Positions 50,816 through 64,000 of a DNA stretch of 64,000 nucleotides are shown piece by piece. The stretch lies in the NCBI RefSeq assembly GCF_006345805.1, contig NW_021832254.1, positions 1 through 64,000 on the forward strand, given 5' to 3'. The DNA is from Octopus sinensis (lineage: Eukaryota). The position numbers were made by a program, and so were the translations under genes. How positions within the stretch are numbered: the stretch's first letter is position 1; every line of letters begins with the position of its first letter. The notes under the pieces were generated by a model that made no database searches, was not told where the DNA came from, and was given only the letters and a program-made list of their open reading frames with translations.

Positions 50816-50860
50816 TGTCCGGAAATATTTCATCACACATCTGTGGCACCTTCAGTGACA
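50816..50860 (-). ncRNA. Degenerate hammerhead motif
   Basis: Minus strand UGUC-a-CUGAAGG(A9>G)-ugcCACA ga UGUGugau-GAAA-UAUU-UC-cg-GACA; island flanked by (TA)n. Confidence 0.4.
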
Positions 50861-51158
50861 CGTTTTGTTTTTGTGTGTGCTCTGCCTCCAATTGCACCAT
50901 CATATAAATATATATATATACAATCAAACCAAGTATGTATGTAGTATAAACATATTTCTGAGACACAACCGTTTGCCATTCATTGATCAAATTGACAAAA
51001 CAATCATCGTCAATGCTGACAAATAAGTGAATGAGAATCAATCATCTTAAAGACTTCAAGTGCATATTAAACTTCTTTTCCCCTTCTCCCTCTCTTTCTC
51101 TCTATGTAAATCCATATATGATAGTATATGATGCATATTTGTCTTTGTGTTATTTATA

Positions 51159-51224
<66 letters not shown>

Positions 51225-51712
51225 TCTAATGATGGATCTATAAGTGAATATGAATGGAAGCTGCAAAAAATATTATATTGGCGTTTTGTATAGAAGGGCT
51301 TTTGATCTAAGACAGCTTTCAACAAATGATACATCTGTGAATATGCAGATCATCAATCACCAGTGTTTCGACTTTAATTCACCTCTTCAACAGCAGTATT
51401 TTGTAGCTATCTCGTCACTTCTATTTCCACATAACAAGAACATTCCCGAGAGGGAATTTACTCACTCAGGTGTGCATGATGCTGCGGCATACACATTTAT
51501 TTTGATCAATGATGTTTCTCATGCATGAACTAATACACACACACATACACGCACACACACACACACATACACGCACACACGCACACACACACATACATAC
51601 ACGCACACACACACACACACACATACACGCACACACGCACACACACACATACATACACGCACACACACACACACGCACATACATACACGCACACACACAC
51701 ACACACATACAT

Positions 51713-51753
<41 letters not shown>

Positions 51754-52980
51754 GAGTTTATGCGGATTTTCCATTTCATTATAACCTGTCTTAAATATTT
51801 ATTGTTCTCATAAATCCATCACTTCAGAAATATACGTTCGATAACTTTCTGATGTGATCTACCAGCAGGATTATATGAATAATTTAATAATTCAATTATA
51901 TGACGCTAATGTTTGGAGAAGAAATTGAAGCTTTGAGAATATTTTCATCTGCCGAAGGAAATGAAATTAAAATTTTAGATTCTATCTGAAGCCCCCGATG
52001 TCAAATATCACCAAGAAAGAGGTACAGAAATAAACAAAACTTTATCTTGTAATGTTTATTAATCTACGACGCACAAAGGTATGAAACACAAGATATTTGT
52101 GAAAATAATTCCCAGTGGCAAAATGGCTGCCTCAATATCTTTCGCTTTTAGTGTTTTCCTGTCGTATTCAGCTTATACGAAAAAGATAAATGAATCAATG
52201 TGTATCGTAGCTACTCGACTTGTTTATATAGGTTGGAAGGCTACAGTTATAGAAAAGGATTCCTCAACCACCGGGTGGTGGACCAGTATGGCATGCAAAG
52301 AAAGGGTACATTTTTAAACTGTATTTCTATCCTAATTTTTGTCGGAGTCTGCAGTGAGTTGGCAGAATCGTTAGCACACCGGGCAAAATGCTTAGCATCA
52401 TTTCATTCGCCGTTATGATCTGAGTTCAAATTTTTCGCCGGGACCGACTTTGCTTTCATCCATTCGGGGTCGATGAAATAAGTACCAGGGGGTCAATGTA
52501 ATTGACTAGTCTGCTCCTCAAAGATTTCAGGCATTGTACTTAGAGTAGAATGGATTATCGTAGAATTCCTATTTTGCATTGTGTATAAATCGTATATCAT
52601 GCACATATCCGTTTGTGTGTATGTGCGTGCGTGTGTGTGCATGTGTGTTTGTGTGTGTGTGTGTGTGCATGTGTGTTTGTGTGTGTGTATGTGTGTGTGT
52701 GTGTCCCCGTTTGTATACGTATATACATTATATATGCAATATTTGAATTGTATATAATGCATTTTAATGTTTTATATGCGCATGATACTCCCCCCCCCAC
52801 CTAATCTTACATCAAATCAATCTGGGTTGCACAAAAAAGATTTTAGGAATCACGGCCATGCGCAATCGACTTGTTATGACTAACAGATTGAGTGATTATG
52901 ACATACAGGTTCGACCAGTTCGAATAGCTATGGTTTACAAAATCGACTAGTTATTTCTTGCCCGTGACAATCGTATACAG

Positions 52981-53244
52981 CCGTGGTTCCCAAACTTCTT
53001 TATGTTACCATCCCATGACAAAAGCGGCCACTTTCCTGGGTCACCACCACACTCACCCCCACAAACATAGACCACTTTGTAGACAAAATTCAAAGCAAGG
53101 TTATCTCGCGAATAAAACTTATCCTAATTAACCCATTATTTGGGGGCTTTTTTACATTCTTTTTACTACCCCGTTATCTTTCAACGCTCCTTGATCTTTC
53201 TCCCGCCCTCAAGGGGGGACTACCACCCACTTTGAGAACCACTG
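52981..53244. mobile_element. hAT (Charlie/MER5-like) MITE
   Basis: TIR C.GTGGTTCCCAAA / TTTGAGAACCACTG; 8-bp flanks with central TA, degenerate. Confidence 0.7.
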
Positions 53245-54634
53245 CAGTACACAGAATTGATTTTTTTTATTCCCAGCACGTCAAGCGTATGTGGTATACA
53301 GGATTGAGCTATTATTATTAGCTGATAGAGTGGGCATCGTATATAGGATTCCATATTTATTTATTTAATATGAATAGCTCTATAAAATCACACTATAATA
53401 ACTATGACAATAACAAATGCACACACGAATATGACCTGGTGGTGACCATACCCCAGATTCTGATCGGACGTGGTGTATTTGATCAACGTATGCCGAGCGT
53501 TAAAATAACGGATGACAGCAACAACGTCATAAAAAGGAGTCTATGAAAAAAAATCTTCGAAAAATTGAAATGAAAATTAGTATTTTAAAATTAATTTCTA
53601 AAAAAGTCACCCAAATGTAAATTATTCTGTTGCTTCTATTTGCCATGGGCTACACTATTTATTAATATTCAACGAAAACATTTATAATATGGATCGCATT
53701 CGTGAGTTTGCGAGTTGTGCGTTAACCTAGTTTAACTATGGAACTATATCGACGACATAATCCATAGATTTAGCATAATGACACTGCTCATTGTTATATG
53801 CTTTTCATAATTATAACTATGGAACGAAAACCATGGTACAATCGTGATATTCAATAAAAAGAAGCAGGGGCTATGGTCGTGCTTTAGACACGTTTAAATA
53901 TTAAACTTAACTGAAAACATGATCCGACATTGTTACGCAATTAAAGGTGATTATAAAAACGAATCATTTTAAACCATAAAATGCGAATAAATTATTTATT
54001 GACTTTTTATCATTATTTGTGCTATTTCATCTTTTTGAATTTTGTGAGGATTACTTATTGCGTAAAACCTAATCAGGGGACACTCTCGGATTGCTATTTG
54101 CAAATTGAATTCAAAATACCGATCACACCCTCAAATACGGAAGACAAATTTATTTACATATATACACCGAATTAGTTTTAACAATATTTTTTTGTTTGTC
54201 GATGGTAAAGATTTAGAATTAAGATTTAGAAAAACACGTTCAAAAATTTCGATGTAGACAAGTTTAAGTGTTTGTAACGGGCAATGATGCTAAAACTATG
54301 AATCCGGAATATTCAAACAACCGCCACCGAGGAAAACAATAAAAGAAAATATGTTTTTAATTAGTGTGAAGATAATTAGTCCGGATTTGTGTAATTAATT
54401 AGTTGGAAGTAAAGAATGAAATTTTCTGCTGTACTAAAAATGGATCGGTGCCACTCAAAGTGCAGAAATTTTAGTTTACTGTTCTTACACTTCCTGTACC
54501 AATTCGCTTAGTAAAACTTATTATTTACTTAATTTGTATTTTTGTTCTTTCTTCTAGTTCTTCAGTTTTCAGAATATCCATAACAATATCTATATATATA
54601 TATATGTGTGCGTGTGTGTGTATGTATGTATATA

Positions 54635-54676
<42 letters not shown>

Positions 54677-54710
54677 ACATATATATATATATGTGGGTGT
54701 GTGTGTGTAT

Positions 54711-55215
54711 TACTCTTTACTCATTTACTCTTTTACTCTTTTACTTGTTTCAGTCATTTGACTGCGGCCATACTGGAGCACCACCTTTAATCGAGCAAGT
54801 TGACCCCGGGACTTATTCTTTTGTAAGCTCAGTACATATTCTATCGGTCTTTTTTGCCGAACCGCTAAATAACGGGGACATAAACACACCAGCATCGGTT
54901 GTCAAGTAATGCTAGGGGGACAAACACAGATACACAAACACACACGCATATATATATACATATATACGACGTAGTATGTATATAATATATATAATATATT
55001 ATATATATTATATATATGTATATATATATATATGTATATATATATTATATATATATATATATACATATTATATATGGGGGGGGGGGTGCGTGTGTACTGT
55101 GTGTCTGTGTTTGTCATCTCACCATCACCTGACAACAGATGTTGGTGTGTTTACGTTCCCGTAACTTATTGCTTGGGCAAAAGAAATCCCGGGGTCGACT
55201 TGTGCGACTAAGGTG
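54711..55215. mobile_element. Two SINE-B 3' halves in opposite orientation around a (TA)n tract
   Basis: 54711-54935 (-) and ~55100-55215 (+). Confidence 0.75.
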
Positions 55216-55586
55216 TACAAGAATAAAAAAATATGTGTATATGTATATATATATATATTATATATATATATATATATATAATATATTATATATATATATT
55301 ATAAGTATGAAAAGGAACCCACAAGTGTAAACAAGAGAGACAGAGAAAGGCAGAAACAAGGAAAATGCCACTTATATTTGAACACTATACAAATATTCCT
55401 CTAAAAAAACTTTTTCTTTTAATTTTTTCTAAATTTAATTATTTAATCGTTACAGTTGAAAAGGTCTCAAAATGACGAACGGGTACTGAAATATTCTTTA
55501 TAAAATTATTTTAAGCATTTTCTATCTTGAGTTGTTTTTTCACACAGACCACACCACACACACCAACACCACACATACACACCACC

Positions 55587-55658
<72 letters not shown>

Positions 55659-55661
<3 letters not shown>

Positions 55662-55993
55662 CGCATGGCTCAGTAGTTTAGAGCGTCGAGCTTACGATCG
55701 TGAGGTTGTGAGCTCGAATCCCGGACCGGGCTGCGTGTTGTGTTCTTGAGCAAGGCACTTTATTTCACGTTGCTCTCCAGTTCACTCAGCTGTAGAAATG
55801 AGTTTGACGTCACTGGTGCCAAGCTGTATCGACCTTTGTCTTTCCCTTGGATAACCTGGTGGCGTGGAGAGGGGAGGCTGGTATGCATGGGTGACTGCTG
55901 GTCTTCCATAAACAACCTTGCCCGGACTTGTGTCTAGGAGGGTAACTTTCTAGGTGCAATCCCTTAGTCTGTGTCGTGACCGAAGGGAGTCTC
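55659..55993 (+). mobile_element. SINE family D (tRNA head, CTTGAGCAAGGCACTT central motif)
   Basis: A-box TGGCTCAGTAG, B-box GCTCGAATCCC; flanked by (TA)n on both sides. Confidence 0.8.
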
Positions 55994-55995
55994 CG

Positions 55996-56030
<35 letters not shown>

Positions 56031-56845
56031 TATATATATATATATAATATATATATATATTATATATAATATATTAGGTGCCACGAGAGGTGCGACGCAC
56101 TGACTAAATGAAAATCCAAGCGGTGGACAATCGAAATTCATCTCCCTTTCATTTAGCGCCATACAAAACTCACAACGAAATTCCCTAAAACAGCTTTGAG
56201 ATTCCGTAGAATTACCGTTTCCACTATATATTTGGGTTTATCTTATATCCTCCTCCATCTTGCATTCTGACACACAGTTTTAGCAAAATACAAGACTTAG
56301 CTCCCTTGCTGGGCGAAAGTCCGTGTTGTTTGTTCCACAGTTCTTGTTTACAAAAAAGTATGACGGCGGTTTTTTTATTTATTTATCTATGTTTTTGTAT
56401 TTCATCACTTATTATTCCTGAGCTGTTATTTATCGTCTACTTCATGTGTATATAAGATATATGTGTGTGTGTTCAGGTGTGTTGGGGAGTGTGGGCGTGT
56501 TTGTGTGCGTCTATATACATACACACATATATGCAGTTATGTTATAAAAGATACTATTATTATTATTAATATTATTATTATTATTATTATCATTATTATT
56601 ATTATTATTATATTATTATTATTATTATTATTATTATGAATAGTCAGAAACACATATGTATATATGTACATATATACATATGTATAAATAGATATACATA
56701 TATATACGTCTGTCTATATATATGTGTGTGTGTCTACGTATGTAATAATATATATATATATATATATTTTATATATATATGTGTATATATACATATACAT
56801 ATATATATATGAATATATATATACATATATATGTAATACACAACA

Positions 56846-56903
<58 letters not shown>

Positions 56904-57929
56904 CATATACGTGTATATATTTATATATAAATAGATATATATAGATAGATAGATAGATAGATACTGTATCAAACCAGATTCTAAAATGATATAAATGTGT
57001 GTGTGTATTTGTCAATACTTTCATACCTATATATGTATGAATGCATGCGTAAATATAGTATATATATACATACATATATATACGTGTGTGTCCGTGCGTA
57101 TGTGTGCGCGTGTGTTTCCGTGTGTCCGTGTGTCCGTGTATGTGTGTGTGCGTGTGAGCACCATCTCAAATAAGAAGCAGTTTATTCAGTACATCCTCCT
57201 GTATCGATTTTTTTTTCTCTTTCTAATCTTAATATTTCTCTGGATATATAAAGGTAGGTCTTAAGGCGATATTTCCATGAACTCCATCTTGTGTTTCACT
57301 TGCAAAACAGAATGAAACTGGTTACAGAATGAAATGATCTTATACCGAATTTTTTTTTTACCATTCTTCTCCATTTTCCTTTTCGCTTTTTTTTCTCATT
57401 TTCCTTATTTATATTTTTAATATCATTTCCATAATAACTGTCTACTTGTTCCATAATTCTTCAGTTTTATGCTTGTTCCATAATTCTTCAGTTTATTATG
57501 GATCCGAAAGATGTTTCGAGTATTACTTTTACTTGCAGCCCATGTTTACGCCGCGGCATGTCGTTCCAATAAGTTCCTTTGATCTAATGACGAACGAATT
57601 TCCTTCGCATGATTACAAGCAAAACCTAATTCTTTAAGTATGTTTCTTAATTCTGTTACATGTGAAAGCAAATGCACTAAATCCTTAGAAACGAATCTAT
57701 TAAATCCCCAAATACAACGTTTACCTCAAGTTCACGGAGAGTATTTTGCCTGGTAACACTAATTTAAAAATATATCTATGTGCATTCAATGATAAACAAG
57801 ACAGTAATCCAGAATTTGTTTTCCTAATTTTCTTATCCGAAATATTCTTTACTTGCGGTAAAATGTAACTACGTGTAGATCGCTGGCGATTTTCTTCCTC
57901 TACTTTCATTTTCGCTTGGATTTTACTCT

Positions 57930-57972
57930 GTCTTCTCTTCCTGAAGAAGAGCCTTGCTCGAAACGTAAAACT
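57930..57972 (+). ncRNA. Minimal hammerhead-like core
   Basis: CTGAAGA-A-GAGC ctt GCTC-GAAACGTA; stem I does not pair canonically. Confidence 0.4.
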
Positions 57973-58250
57973 ACCTTTCTTTCCTTCCCTGTGAATATTT
58001 TTGCATGTACCATGTCCTCATGTTTATATCTATATATATAGTATATATATATATATATATATGTGTGTGGTGTGTGTGTGTGTGTGTGTGTGTTGTGTGT
58101 GTGTGTGTCTGGTGGGTGAGTGATCAAAACAGTTAAGAAAAGTACTCGTTTTCATGGTTGAGGTTCAATAAGTGAATAATGAACGAAACTCTCAGGTCTT
58201 GGAACCACTCTTTGTCTCTTGCTAAATCTCATTATAATTATATAAGATAG

Positions 58251-58307
<57 letters not shown>

Positions 58308-58345
58308 ATATACATACGTATATATATATATATATATCGTATATA

Positions 58346-58386
<41 letters not shown>

Positions 58387-58457
58387 TATATAATTATTAT
58401 GTATAATAATATATATATATATAATATATATATATTATATATATATATATATGTATG

Positions 58458-58505
<48 letters not shown>

Positions 58506-59124
58506 AGTGTGTATATATGTGCGTACGCGCATGCCAATGGCCGTACCTATACCTGTGTTTGAAGGTGTGAGGGTAAGTGTTAGCTAGATGGTGCGTGTGC
58601 GTATATGGGGGGTGGCAGTGTAGGCACGCACAAAGTCTAATAACCAGAAAGCACATCCCAACAAAATTCCTGACCACGCCGTTATGCATGATTTCTGTAG
58701 CCAGCTATTAATGCCTTCCACACGCTAAAGCCATTCAATTTGATGCCATAAAACTCCCTCCACCTCTTATCAGTTTTATGCGTGGAAATGAGATGAGAGA
58801 CAGTTCGCAGAGGCTACACACATAACAATAGAGAGATTGAACCTTAACAGAAAACACGAATGGAACAATAACACCCACTAATGTCAATAACAACAACTAT
58901 TGCTATTACTACCACGATAGGAGCAGCGTGGGCGAACAAACGAACACAGAGAGATACAGCAACGGTACCAAAAGTAGGGTTTAAGGACAGCAGCAGTGGT
59001 AATATGTGAGGGAATGAGGCTAAGGGGCGGGTCATGGTGCCATTGAGAACAATGACACACACACACATACGCACATGTACATACACAGACATACATACAC
59101 TCATTCACACACATACACATTCAT

Positions 59125-59482
59125 GGTGGAAGCACTCCGTCGGTTACGACGATGAGGGTTCCGGTTGATCCGAATCAACGGAACAGCCTGCTCGTGAAAT
59201 TAACGTGTAAGTGGCTGAGCACTCCACAGACACGTGTACCCTTAACGTAGATCTCGGGGATGTTCAGCGTGACACAGAGAGTGACAAAGCCGGCCCTTTG
59301 AAATACAGGTACAACAGAAACAGGAAGAAAGTGTGAGAGAAAGTTGTGGTGAAAGAGTACAGCAGGGATCACCACCTCGTGGAGCTTTTAGGTGTTTTTG
59401 CTCAATAAACACTCACAACGCCCGGTCTGGGAATCGAAACCGCGAGCCCGCTGCCCTAACCACTGGGCCATTGCGCCTCCAC
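59125..59482 (-). mobile_element. SINE family C (tail type i)
   Basis: Reverse complement of 17212-17600. Confidence 0.9.
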
Positions 59483-59850
59483 ATACACACATGTACATAC
59501 ACAGACATACATACACTCATTCAAACACATACACACTCATACACACATGTATACTTACACATACAGAGACGCAAATGCTTGCGCATATAAGGATACACGT
59601 CACAGAAGAACAGAATGGAAAATGCGGAGCAAGGGCACATACGAAGACGCAAAGTGTCACCGAAGCAGTCACAGATGTATGAACAAGACTTCCGGAAAAT
59701 GGACATGAAAATGTGTGTAGAACAAATATGTAGAGCTTGTGTTGTGTTTATTTGGCAAAAAAATAAAAATGACCAACCCGAAATACAAAAGCATGTTTCA
59801 ACACACGGCTTCACATCATGAACCTTGCAACACGAATTCATAAAAGTAGC

Positions 59851-59887
<37 letters not shown>

Positions 59888-59955
59888 GATCAGAGATGCA
59901 CATATCACCAGCCACTAAGGGACATGCTCAACTGGTTAAGGCCTATTAATTATTA

Positions 59956-60009
<54 letters not shown>

Positions 60010-60013
<4 letters not shown>

Positions 60014-60790
60014 TAGTTTTATGTTTATAGAGTGCTTTCACTACCAAGCGCAGTTCTGTGTGCCTTGGGTATGTGCTGTGATTTTCTGTGATGCTCTGAT
60101 GGTTATTGTATAGAAAGTGTTCTGCGTAGGATGTGTGCAATGCCTAGTAGTGCAATTTTCTGTATGTTATATGTGTTTGTAAGTCCTTCTGTTTTTGGTT
60201 ATGTATTTGTCTGAATATTTTTTTTTTATCATGCCTAATGCACCTACTATGATAGGAATTGTTTTTCTGTTTTCAGATTCCCATTCTAGTTACCCAACTC
60301 TTTTCCAGGTCTTTGTATTTTGAAAGTTTCTCCAGTTCTTTTAGAGACACGTTGTCATCAGCCGGTATTGATACATCAATTAGAAAGCATTTTTTTCTTC
60401 ATGATCTCTGACAACTATATCCGGTCTGTGGCCTTAATTTCTCTATCTGTGTGTATCGGCATATCCCAGAGTATTGGTGCTTTCTCGTTTTTCTGTGACC
60501 TTTTCTGGTGTGGTCCTATACCATCTTTTTTCTGTTGTTATTCCATATGTTGGCATAGCTTCCCAATGTATGTAGGTTCCAACTCTGTCATGTCTGTGAA
60601 TATATTCCTTCTTAGCCAGGACTGGGCAGCTAGATATAATATGATTTATTGTTTCTTGTCCATCTCCACATATTCTGCAGTTACTTGTTATATTTCTTTT
60701 CATTACATGTTTTTGGTAATTTCTGGTGGGGAGACTTTGGTCTTGTGCTGCAATTAAAAATCCCTCTGTTTCTGCTTTGAGTCCTGAGCT
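60010..60790 (-). mobile_element. R4/Dong-type LINE 3' region (CCHC knuckle plus restriction-like endonuclease), frameshifted
   Basis: CRICGDGQETINHIISSCPVLAKKEYIHRHDRV, then RPDIVV and IPIIVGALG motifs; (TTA)n on both sides. Confidence 0.88.
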
Positions 60791-60809
60791 TATTATTATT
60801 ATTATTAAT

Positions 60810-61375
60810 GTTATTATTATTATTATTGAGTGAGAGAACAGTTCTTGCCATCAAAGTGACACTGGGGTAATTATACGAAGCCCAATATACCCATCATGAC
60901 TACCCGTCTGATAAAGGTACACCAGGCACATGCATCACAACGATATGTGCGCGACATGGTGATCTCATATCAAGATAAACAGCACATGATCTTGCAGGTG
61001 GGGCCCAGTTAGAATTTTCTTCAGGTCGAGTAGCCCATCCCGCTCAAAAGGTCCCTGAATAAGGGTTGTTTAAGGATGTTGAAAGAACCACCCATGTTTC
61101 CAGAGGTGAATTATTCAAACCCCAAGAATCCCTCTCACACTGGCTATGATGCTCCCCCACTACTTCTGCTCGTGATCAGAGATGCACATATCGTCAGCCA
61201 CTAAGGGACATGCTCAACTGGTTACGGTCAAACACTGACAAGCAAATCTGTGGTATTGAGCAGAATATTTGCTGTGGCCCATCTTTTATACCAAGACAAA
61301 ACAATGTCATGATAACACTTCCAATCAGTTAAGATCAGAAGCCATGAGAGCCACTGCCTGGTACTGCATCAGGGC

Positions 61376-61380
<5 letters not shown>
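60810..61380 (-). mobile_element. Non-autonomous (AAT)n-tailed retroelement, apparently full length (~550 bp)
   Basis: Bounded by (TTA)n on both sides; partial copies at 33985, 44696 and 59887-59940. Confidence 0.85.
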
Positions 61381-61422
<42 letters not shown>

Positions 61423-62115
61423 TATTTATTATTATTATTATTATCATTATCAATTTTGCTGTTGCTGTTGCTCTTCTTGTTCTTCTTCTTATTATTATTA
61501 TTGTTATTATTGGGAATCATAAGCGAAAGAGAAATACTTAACCACAAATGAATGCATGATATCCTACGAAAACACATTTGTCGATTTTTTCCATCTCCCC
61601 CAACAGAGATTCATACATTTATCTTTACATTCATATCACCACTTTTATCGTTTATCATTATTTATATTATCATCACACATTCAACAACTTCATGCTATTT
61701 TCAACAGCACCACCAGGCACATCTTCCTGCTTCTGGTGTTTTCCTAGCATTGTCTTTTGCCAGAGTAGAATTGCATTTCTACGCTACATCATTATTCTTG
61801 CATTATTTTTCCACCATTAATATTATATTGTATATTATAATATATATATTTTTTTTTCTGTATGTATTTTTCCTATTTGCAGATTCAGAAATTGACATAC
61901 CTAAATCACCAATATGTATTCGATTAATGAATGTTTTTTTGACTTTCTATTTGTATTTTATTTTAATTTTTCATTTACAATTTCCATTATTTACTCGGAA
62001 GCATAAAGATTTGAATAACTTTGTGTAAATCTCAAATTACAGTAATAATCTATGTCTCAGCATAGATGTGTTTGCCTACCAACTTACATATTATATATAT
62101 ATATATATATATACT

Positions 62116-62154
<39 letters not shown>

Positions 62155-62288
62155 TGTGTGGGTGTGTAAATATGCACGTTAATGTTTATATTGTATTGAA
62201 GATATATAAGTATATAACCATTTTATTTTAATATACAGATATCACGTTCATGGCACGCACATATATGTATAACACCTGTGTGCATATG

Positions 62289-62343
<55 letters not shown>

Positions 62344-62598
62344 ATAATATAGGTATATATATATATAACTATATAGATGTATGTATATCTTATATATGCC
62401 ACGATTATATATAAGTAAAAATATTGTTATATATATACACACGCATATATGTACATATATATATATATACATACATACATACATACATGCATCCGTATTT
62501 TCATACATGTATTCGATCGTGGCAAATACATGGTGTAATCGAATGTGTACATTTATATACAGTTTTATTTATTATATTCATATACAAATGTATATATC

Positions 62599-62634
<36 letters not shown>

Positions 62635-63854
62635 AGAGAGAGATACATAATAGATATGATATATATATATTCTATATATATATATTAACATACATTATAT
62701 ATATATAAATATATATATACATACATACATACTTACATACCTAAATATACACATACATACATATACATTTATGATATACATGATCCTGGCAAATAGATAA
62801 TCTAAATCAATGTGTACGTTTATGTGAGCGTATATACTATAATATATATATATATTATATAATGTATATATATATATATATATATATTATATCTGTGTGT
62901 GTGTGTGTGCGTTTATATGTATACACAGACATACATATATATGTGCGTGTGTATCTGTGTGTATGTCTGTGTGTCTATTTATATACATAAACGTACATGT
63001 TTACATACCTTTAAACATTTAAATCTGCATTTGTGTATGCGTCGATAACTATGGATGCGATTGTAATTGTATGGAACATCCTACTTTGCAAATATTACGT
63101 ATGTGTGGCAAACAACAGTTAACTTACTTGGAAATCAACTTAAACAGAAAATATATTGGTTATTATGAATAACATAACAGCAAAACTCAGCAAATAAAAT
63201 GAATACAACATTCTGACATTTTACTAAAACCTCACAGACTCACATCTAGAAGAGAATTGTCCAATAGAAAATGCTAAACAAATAAAATTCCAGAACAGAT
63301 AATCTATCCATGTTCCTTCAGCGTAACACGGAAAGATGATGTCAAACAAACTGTATTAGATTTCTGATACAAAATTGAAACGGAGAAATGTAAATTGCCA
63401 TGGTGTCCTCGTGAGAGAGTTTAGTCTTAGAATATGATGTTACGCGTTCGAATACACATTGCAGCACGTATGTGTGATAAGTGTATATATATATCTATAT
63501 ATATATATATATATACATGCATATATACACTATTTGCAAATTGCAGCAAGTATGTGTGATAAGTGTATATATATCTATATATATATATACATGCATATAT
63601 ACACTATTTGCGGACCCCATGAAATACGAAGCTCTCACAACTACTTGGCCGATCTATCTGTGCATAGCTTTCAATGCTGTGTATGCCATAAGATTTGCAA
63701 ATCCAACAGAGGTATCAAACGTTCCAGAAAGATCTATGTTGCTGTCATTTTAATACAATGTCTGGCGTAAAAGAGACACATAAGACGCCATGTTGAATTT
63801 AGAGCATAAGTACAAGAGGTCGTCAGACTCTGTACATGGAGTAGGCACCATATA

Positions 63855-63936
<82 letters not shown>

Positions 63937-64000
63937 GAAAGAAGGTTTGAAAATGCAATTTTAAAAGATGTCTATTTACTTTACCGTTTCACTCTTTCGA

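Noticed and set aside
59615-59821. 68-aa non-repetitive ORF
   Set aside because: No recognisable motif or exon boundaries; the length is expected by chance.

Overview
AT-rich, repeat-dominated eukaryotic DNA, not prokaryotic. The SINE repertoire and the very dense (TA)n/(CA)n/(TAA)n/(GGAA)n microsatellites suggest an octopus (coleoid cephalopod) genome; this is recognition by eye, not a database search. I find no confident host protein-coding exon, and nearly all ORFs in the track are microsatellite or repeat read-throughs. The window contains: (1) four tRNA-headed SINE families, one forming head-to-tail 184-bp multimers and one with three interchangeable tails; (2) R4/Dong-type LINE fragments and a probable non-autonomous partner element in (TAA)n tracts; (3) a decayed zinc-knuckle LINE ORF1 interrupted by two MITEs and a locally templated inverted insertion; (4) a ~430-bp MITE family with 8-bp TSDs and internal telomeric (CCCTAA)n; (5) piggyBac- and hAT-type MITEs. 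The most interesting signal is about 11 type-I minimal hammerhead-ribozyme (HHR) motifs, most with palindromic or near-palindromic stem III, of the kind linked to Penelope-like elements (PLEs). They sit in fold-back or microsatellite-embedded remnants. One has an intact core and a ~96-nt stem II, and one shows an apparent G3:C8 core swap. There is also a tandem array of five tRNA-like Pol III-type units at 24.65-25.09 kb. All RNA structures were folded by eye and need computational or biochemical confirmation.
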